NCBI GenBank assembly: GCA_052168235.1
Contig: JBQLZK010000013.1
Coordinates: forward strand, 1 to 64,000
Direction of reading: 5' to 3'
Origin: Thainema sp.
GTDB taxonomy: Bacteria; Cyanobacteriota; Cyanobacteriia; Phormidesmidales; Phormidesmidaceae
DNA: 64,000 nt
Part shown: piece by piece, positions 58,401-64,000 of the stretch
Layout: every line of letters begins with the position of its first letter
Position numbering within the stretch: the first letter of the stretch is position 1
Translations under genes and position numbers: made by a program
Notes under the pieces: model-generated
What the model was told of the DNA's origin: nothing
The model's database searches: none
The model's input: the letters and a program-made list of their open reading frames with translations, nothing else

Positions 58401-58778
58401 CTGGCGCGTGCTCTAGAAACACGAGGTTACCGCATCCACTGGTTCCAATCGGGACAAACGGCGCTGGAATACATTGATCGAGCCAATGCGTCCGTGCAGC
58501 TACAGGCAACAGCCGATCCGGATGCAATGCTGCAAATCAAAACCATCTTGCTGACGACCGATTTACCTGATATCAGCGCAATTGAGCTAGTGAACCAGCT
58601 CAATACGGCCTGCCAGCGGCAAACACCGATTCTGGCGCTCATTCAAAACAGCGATGAAAACGATCAAGTGGAGGAATTGCGATCGCAAGGAATGGCCGAC
58701 TATATTTCGTATCCCTGTGATGTAGCTGCCGTGATTGCCCACATTCGGCGTTATCTAGCTCCTACGGCCAACTGCTAA
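55452..58778 (+). CDS. Multidomain response regulator: REC-wHTH-Hpt-REC-REC-GGDEF(degenerate)-REC
   Basis: MRVLLIEDD, OmpR-type IETVYGQGYRL, Hpt AHKLAGSLGTFG, DPLTGLVNR, RWRAEEF. Confidence 0.88.
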   Translation: MRVLLIEDDATTRNAIKEFLHAHNFIVDVAEDGSIGREMAKRLDYDLILLDIVLPGLSGITLCRQLRQQQQTVPIIFLTSRNTLSDKLEGLNAGADDYVVKSSDPQELLARIQVLLRRGSAAEFVLRWGQLSLDPKTRTVTYDQQPISLSRKEFQILELLMRRPNWVLSRQTIIDQVWGVGEDPPTESTVKSHIKAIRRKLKALTTANVIETVYGQGYRLDSTVAQSANSLSANLSNGQRAEPAIADYSAPLGSNAEDNGQQSEQRSRPSSQQQQSDDLSDPSEGHTQQQISAHHAQSNAQSVDSSSDGQVNRDFVSQSGKPALNAAKRRRLQANLQQLWHQAKQTARQRLNTIEQLLSFLQSGLPDSGLLDQIMYIAHKLAGSLGTFGQIEASQAAYQLERLMQSALNTACQGDLAPENSAQNGLPSSHSAQNGSTLHSSTANGSTPNRSISNGSTSKGSALNGSSFSHATLNALAQDSSAQDSSAQDASAQDALAQDDPAQDTLQIDADLITTARQLIQSIRDCLETQSTPLDGVVQSSPPWPYHPPQIPNLLIIDADQELVQSILAAAPAWSIQAAIATDLTTAQADIAKHEPDIILLDLHWQQGKLSGLQLLRKLYAQSLSIPVVVYSSSLSKSERLQAIQLGAVGFVPRPAVPEKVLSIVRQHLPCPEPMFHVLAVDDDEHQLTTLRTYMENEGLQFTGLGQPERLLETLQASQPDLVLLDILMPRISGIELCQILRSDAEYQTLPVVMLTHYDDLSTRQRAFWVGADAVLSKHDPLSANLGQIQAQLNRDRRCAQTRMVDPLTGLVNRCGATRALQQLIAIARQFEQPLSLGVINLDNFQRFNAEYGRAAGDQLLRRFTTFLQQHCPPADVIARWRAEEFVISMIGLERADAVERLAQLLELWRSQPPMSSFSAGVATFPVDGHNLEFLYRVAEAALYQAKLTGRDRILPASWQMPDASDPQLDVVIVGPDTTWLRSLARALETRGYRIHWFQSGQTALEYIDRANASVQLQATADPDAMLQIKTILLTTDLPDISAIELVNQLNTACQRQTPILALIQNSDENDQVEELRSQGMADYISYPCDVAAVIAHIRRYLAPTANC

Positions 58779-59045
58779 TCTGCTGTCTGCATAGAAATCC
58801 CATACAAAATCCTTATCTTATGTAGACTTTATTAACTTTCCCGTCTCTGTCAAGGCATAGCTTATACTTATAAAATTGTTTAGAAATGTATAGAAATATG
58901 TAGGACGGCAGCAGCTTGAGCCATTTCATGTTTAGGAAAAGGCGTGAGATTGGCCGATAGAGAACCTCTTATTTCATATCAAGTTTTTTCTTTTGTAGTT
59001 TCTTTCCGTAGAACGTCATAGGGCGTCAAGGTTATCCGTATCCAT

Positions 59046-61484
59046 ATGCCAACCATGCTCGGCCAAATTCTTCAACCGATTCCGCTGCAGTTTGAGCCAG
59101 ATCAACCGATCACAGATATCGTTGCAGCAATGACTGAGCAGGCTGCCAGTTTGGCCGTGGTTCTAGACCAGCAAGCATTGGTGGGTATTGTCACTCCCTC
59201 GAATGTGCTGCAGGCAATCGCTCAGGGATCTGCGATCGCACCAATCACAGTGGCTGAGATCATGACCGCTCCCGTCCCGACGATAACGCTCCAAACCTCA
59301 TTATTAGAAGCAGACCAGGTTTTGCGCCAGCATCAGCTACACCACCTTGTCGTGACGGATGCAGCGGGACGCGTGGTCGGTATGGTCACGGAAGCCGACA
59401 TTCTACGGACGTTACTCACTCAGCAGCAATTTACAAAGCGGCTCACCCGGAGCAAAATTGAACACAATCTGTTTTGCCAAATTTGCAGTCAGGTCAATAT
59501 TGGAATTGCAGTTGTCGGACTGGACTGGAAGCTGCGCCATACCAACACCTATCTACAAAATCTATTAGGCTACAGCGCCGCAGAATTGAGCCAACTCGAC
59601 TACATCGACATTATTCATCCAGCGGATCGCCCCGATCCACAGTTGTCCCCCATCGACTGCATCACGACGCTTCATCATCAGGTGAGCTTTGAAAAGCGCT
59701 ACCTACATAAAGATGGTCAGGAAATTTGGGCACAGCTGACGATAGCGCCTATTCGAGACCAGCAGGGCCAGTGCTCAGCCCTAGTCGCTGTGATTGAAGA
59801 TATCCGGCAGCGAAAGGCCGCTGAAGCCAGAGTCCAATTTCAGTCCTACTTGCTGGAAGCCGTGGATGATGCGGTGGTTGCCACCGATCCAGCTGGGCAG
59901 ATCACCTACTGGAACCAAGGTGCGCAAAAGCTCTACGGCTGGTCGTTAGAGCAAGTGAAAGGTCGCTGGATTGTGGACGTGCTCTGCCATGATGCGGAGC
60001 AAATTGAGGCTCTTAAGCTGCTCGACTGTTTAAAGCAGGGAGAATCCTGGCGTGGGGAATTTGACGTCCAACATCAAGACGGTACGATTTTGCCCGTGCT
60101 GTCTACCAATTCTCCGATTTATAACGAGCAGAAAGAGCTGATCGGTATCGTCGGTGTGGCTAAGGACTTGCGCGATCGCAAACAGATCGAACTCGATTTG
60201 CAGCAGGCCAAAATCAGTGCCGAAGAAGCGAATCAGGCCAAAAGCCAATTTCTCTCCAGCATGAGCCATGAACTGCGCACTCCGCTCAACTCGATTCTGG
60301 GATTTGCCCAAGTGCTCAGTTGGGATGCCACGCTTGCGTCCAAACAGGCGAAATACATCAACATCATCAGCCAAAGTGGGCAACACTTGCTACAGCTGAT
60401 CAACAGCGTGCTTGAGATGTCGCGGATTGAAGCCGGACGATTAACAGTTGAAAACACCAAAGTTGACCTTGGGCAAATGATCACAACGCTCCAAGATCTA
60501 TTTCAGCTCAAAGCCAAGCGCAAGCACCTAGACTTTCGTATTGAAACTATCGAGCCCGTTCCTCAATCGATTACAACCGATGAAGGAAAACTCCGCCAAA
60601 TTTTAATTAATTTGCTCGGCAACGCCTTCAAATTTACTCAGCAGGGGCAGGTCACGCTCCGTCTATTTTCGAATGCAGCCTGTAATTCAGCCGATCGAGA
60701 CTCCATTGCTCAGGCTCCAGCAGCGACTGGAAACCAGAGCCATTGGGTTTACTTTGAAGTGATGGATACTGGATTAGGGATTGCCCAAGCTGAACTTGAC
60801 CAGCTATTTCAGACGTTTTCGCAAACCACCACTGGCAAACAGGCCCATGAAGGTGCGGGTCTTGGCTTAGCGATCAGCCAGTCCTACGCCAAGTTGATGG
60901 GTGGCATCATTACCGTTAAAAGCCAGGTGAATATAGGCAGCCAGTTTACGCTCTCGCTTCCGGTTGTTCCAAACCCAACACCTGATTCTGCAACCGTTTC
61001 AGCGCCATCTTTACCCACAGTTGATCCCTCCCCTGCCCCCGCGCCAACGCCTATTTCGCCACTCTTCAACCCATCCCATCAATTATGCGATCGCATTCTG
61101 ATTGTTGAGGATCAGCTGGAAAACCGTTTGGTTCTCACCCAGCTACTAGAGCCCCTAAACTGCCAGATTGAGCAGGCTACAAATGGACAAGAAGCGATTG
61201 ACCTCGTGCAAAAATGGCAGCCAGATCTCGTGTTAATGGATATTCAACTGCCAATTATGGACGGCTATGAGGCAACACGGCGGATTAAATCGATGCCCCA
61301 AGGCCAAAATATTCCGATTATTGCTGTCACCAGCCACGCATTTAAGTTCGAGCATCAAAAAATACTAGCAGCCGGATGTGATGGCTGCATCACAAAGCCA
61401 GTTGAGGCTAATGTTTTGTTTGAAACGATTGCCAAATATCTCAAGCCACGCCAGCAAACTGATCAATCTGCGTCATGGCTTTAA
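59046..61484 (+). CDS. CBS-CBS-PAS-PAS hybrid histidine kinase with receiver domain
   Basis: CBS pair, PAS/PAC, MSHELRTPLN, NLLGNAFKFT, DTGLG, GAGLGL, LMDIQLP. Confidence 0.92.
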   Translation: MPTMLGQILQPIPLQFEPDQPITDIVAAMTEQAASLAVVLDQQALVGIVTPSNVLQAIAQGSAIAPITVAEIMTAPVPTITLQTSLLEADQVLRQHQLHHLVVTDAAGRVVGMVTEADILRTLLTQQQFTKRLTRSKIEHNLFCQICSQVNIGIAVVGLDWKLRHTNTYLQNLLGYSAAELSQLDYIDIIHPADRPDPQLSPIDCITTLHHQVSFEKRYLHKDGQEIWAQLTIAPIRDQQGQCSALVAVIEDIRQRKAAEARVQFQSYLLEAVDDAVVATDPAGQITYWNQGAQKLYGWSLEQVKGRWIVDVLCHDAEQIEALKLLDCLKQGESWRGEFDVQHQDGTILPVLSTNSPIYNEQKELIGIVGVAKDLRDRKQIELDLQQAKISAEEANQAKSQFLSSMSHELRTPLNSILGFAQVLSWDATLASKQAKYINIISQSGQHLLQLINSVLEMSRIEAGRLTVENTKVDLGQMITTLQDLFQLKAKRKHLDFRIETIEPVPQSITTDEGKLRQILINLLGNAFKFTQQGQVTLRLFSNAACNSADRDSIAQAPAATGNQSHWVYFEVMDTGLGIAQAELDQLFQTFSQTTTGKQAHEGAGLGLAISQSYAKLMGGIITVKSQVNIGSQFTLSLPVVPNPTPDSATVSAPSLPTVDPSPAPAPTPISPLFNPSHQLCDRILIVEDQLENRLVLTQLLEPLNCQIEQATNGQEAIDLVQKWQPDLVLMDIQLPIMDGYEATRRIKSMPQGQNIPIIAVTSHAFKFEHQKILAAGCDGCITKPVEANVLFETIAKYLKPRQQTDQSASWL

Positions 61485-61594
61485 ACTCCGCCAGAGCGGC
61501 TTAAATTAAACCCAGAAATCCGCCATATTTCGGTTCTTTTCTTGACAGTCTATGGTGAGCTAATTGCTAATTAATCTAGCGATTATTTTCTGAT

Positions 61595-62800
61595 CTAGGT
61601 TTCAATTGAAGTTTCAACTTTGGCCGTATCAAATGTAGTAGCGTCTATGTCCAGCACCTGAAAAATTTGAATTGGCTGTTGCTTACCGCGCGGCACGATT
61701 TGATCCAGGTAGAGCAGTTGAAATGGATGGTGAGCAGGAAGAGCCGCCACCGTTTTTTCGCTAACAATGATGGGAACGCCGTAGGTTTTTGTTAATTCCT
61801 CCAGACGGGACGCCGTATTGACGACATCGCCAATCACTGTCGTATCCATGCGCTGACTGGCTCCCAGCGTACCAATCACCCCTTCACCTGTATGCAATCC
61901 AATGCCGATCCGAATCGGTTGTTCTAACCCAAACTGGTGACGGCTTTGGTTGAACTGAGCCAGAGCATTTTGAGTTGCGATCGCAGCCTGCAATCCATCC
62001 ATTGGGTGCGTCTCTGACTGATCAAAGACCGCCATCACCGCATCGCCCAAATACTTATCGATAAAGCCGTTGTGCTGCGTAATCGACTCATTAATAGCCG
62101 TAAACAGCGCATTCAGCCAATTGAATGTGGTTTGCGCCTGCTGAGATTCGACAATCGATGTAAAGCCGCGAATATCACAGAATAGAACAGTTAATTCAGC
62201 TGCGATCGCATTGCCTAGCTGAATGGATTCAACCCCCTTGGGCGCAATCCGGCGCAGAAACTGGTCGGGGACAAACAGCCGAAATTTTTCAGACAGAGTC
62301 TCATGAATCTGCCAGGCCGCCATCATCTGCTGTTTAGCCTGTTCGCGTGCTTCTTGCTTCAGGCGAATTTCTTGCTGCATTAACTGACTCTGCTGAGATG
62401 CCTGACGTAATTTGGTGAGTCGCAGAACGCTGTTAATTTTGGTCAGGACTAGATCCATCTGAACCGGTTTGGTCAGATAGTCATCGCCCATGACCTCCAG
62501 CCCCTTAAGGCGAGACTGATCGTCATCTAATGCAGTTAGGAAAATAATCGGAATCGTCTGCGTGATGGCACCTCGACGCAACTGCTCACAAACCTCGAAT
62601 CCGTCCATCTCTGGCATCATCACATCGAGCAGAATCAGTTCCGGTAGAGACTGCTGCACTCGATGCAGTGCTTCTGCCCCCGACTGAACCGAGCAGGTCG
62701 TATACCCTTCCATCGCTAATAGATCTTCTAAAAGCAAAAGATTTTGTGGTTCATCGTCTACTAGCAAAATATAAGAATCGGTCGTCATAGCTAAGACCAC
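61595..62800 (-). CDS. Response-regulator-fused class III adenylate cyclase
   Basis: REC (LLDVMMP); FCDIRGFT, DKYLGDAVM (Lys) and DTTVIGDVVN.ASRLE indicate ATP specificity. Confidence 0.9.
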   Translation of the reverse strand: MVLAMTTDSYILLVDDEPQNLLLLEDLLAMEGYTTCSVQSGAEALHRVQQSLPELILLDVMMPEMDGFEVCEQLRRGAITQTIPIIFLTALDDDQSRLKGLEVMGDDYLTKPVQMDLVLTKINSVLRLTKLRQASQQSQLMQQEIRLKQEAREQAKQQMMAAWQIHETLSEKFRLFVPDQFLRRIAPKGVESIQLGNAIAAELTVLFCDIRGFTSIVESQQAQTTFNWLNALFTAINESITQHNGFIDKYLGDAVMAVFDQSETHPMDGLQAAIATQNALAQFNQSRHQFGLEQPIRIGIGLHTGEGVIGTLGASQRMDTTVIGDVVNTASRLEELTKTYGVPIIVSEKTVAALPAHHPFQLLYLDQIVPRGKQQPIQIFQVLDIDATTFDTAKVETSIET

Positions 62801-63160
62801 GCTTAAAGGTTATGGTCGGGAATAAACCACAAGTAAACTGTTAACTAAATTGAATATTTTATTTGTCAACACAAACAATATTAGTTTCAGAAAAAAGCAC
62901 ATCGTACGCTTTGGTCTAAAACAATCTTGTTCCGACAAAGCTGAATGCTTTACAAAAGCGTTCAATCAAATCAGGCATCACAAAAACTAAAGTATTGAAA
63001 GACTTCAAGCTCTTGCAGCTTAGTATTCCCAAATGCTGACACAGTAGACGCAACCACTGAATGTAAAACTAGACAGTTCGTGAAAACAGTCAGGATTGAA
63101 GGCAATCAAGGTTGAAAACCATCAGGACACTAAGTAGGTTTGGCATAAATAAACGCATAT

Positions 63161-63205
63161 AAAAAACTGGGAGAGCTCCTCGGAGGGATGCTCCCCCGAT
63201 TTTTT
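63161..63205. terminator. Hairpin downstream of the hybrid kinase gene
   Basis: AAAAAACTGGGAGAGC...GCTCCCCCGATTTTTT imperfect stem with A/T runs. Confidence 0.45.
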
Positions 63206-63267
63206 AGTTATGCATTTATTCATATGCAGCTACTTATCTATGTCTTCACTCTTATCCTCAATTACTA

Positions 63268-64000
63268 TCATCCAACATCATCCGATGCAGCCCCCTCTGA
63301 TTCAGGTTGACTTGATAGCTCATCTCCAGGATTTGCAGGAGCTGAAATATCATCGGTTTGAATCAAAGCTCGTACTTTGTTTAGCAAGCCCTTTAGGTCA
63401 AGCGGCTTGCTCACGTAATCATTCGCCCCTGCTTCTAAACAGCGATCGCGATCTCCCGCCATTGCCATCGCCGTTACTGCAATTACAGGAACAGAATGCC
63501 AAATTTGACTATGCCGCAGTCGGCGAATTAAATCAAAGCCATCCACGCCCGGTAGTTGAATATCCATCAGCACCAAATCGGGCAAACTACGTGGCGTCAC
63601 CAACTTAGACTGTAGGGTTTGCAGCATAATCTGCCCATCATCAATCAGTTCGACCAGATAGCCTTCCATCTCTAAAAACTCGGAAATCAGCGTTTGATTG
63701 AACGGCTGGTCTTCCACAATCAAAATGCGCTGCTGAGACGTTTCTTGGTAGTCCTGGGTTAGAAAGCTAGCTGAGAGATCTAGAGCATTAGCAGGATCAG
63801 GCTCGGAACTATGATTGAGTGGTCGCAGCTGCGCCCGAATTTCGTGCAGTGGAATCCAAATACAAAAACGGCTGCCTTTCCCCTCCGTAGAACTAAAGGA
63901 TACGGTGCCGCCGTGCAGCTCAGCTAATCGTTTAGTCAGCGCAAGTCCCAAACCTGTTCCATCATGGCGACGGGTTAATGAAGCATCAATCTGTTGAAAG
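63268..64000 (-). CDS. Hybrid histidine kinase, C-terminal part (HATPase + REC); 5' end lies beyond the window
   Basis: [30 protein letters not shown], then a receiver with LMDIQLP; the reading frame is open to the window edge. Confidence 0.88.
   Translation of the reverse strand, partial: FQQIDASLTRRHDGTGLGLALTKRLAELHGGTVSFSSTEGKGSRFCIWIPLHEIRAQLRPLNHSSEPDPANALDLSASFLTQDYQETSQQRILIVEDQPFNQTLISEFLEMEGYLVELIDDGQIMLQTLQSKLVTPRSLPDLVLMDIQLPGVDGFDLIRRLRHSQIWHSVPVIAVTAMAMAGDRDRCLEAGANDYVSKPLDLKGLLNKVRALIQTDDISAPANPGDELSSQPESEGAASDDVG

Overview
A cyanobacterial chromosomal segment, identified by the very frequent HIP1 octamer GCGATCGC, a beta-carboxysome ccmK, a ChlH/BchH gene and a cyanobacterial-type RNase P RNA. 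Housekeeping genes include a Na+/H+ antiporter, a Nit-family amidase, rnpB, rnc, hemF, a PlsC-like acyltransferase, an alkaline/neutral invertase, a heterodimeric ABC exporter, mtnA, SemiSWEET and chlH. A large two-component/cyclic-nucleotide signalling cluster fills 51.3-64 kb. Accessory stretches lie at about 15.2-19.4 kb, 24.5-27 kb and 35.5-36.6 kb. The main candidate novelty is an integron-like string of small toxin-antitoxin and orphan genes (24.56-26.02 kb) in which each module boundary carries a ~45-bp repeat built on HIP1 sites; AT-rich genes at 15.9-18.0 kb are similarly HIP1-bounded. Also notable: a signal-peptide protein with an intein-like Hint domain inserted before a Gly-rich linker and a Tim44-like domain, several families of hairpin MITE/REP-like elements (one nested with a target-site duplication), an orphan ccmK4/K5-like gene and a long hairpin upstream of rnc. 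No CRISPR array, tRNA or rRNA was recognised. All family assignments come from motif recognition by eye, not database searches.
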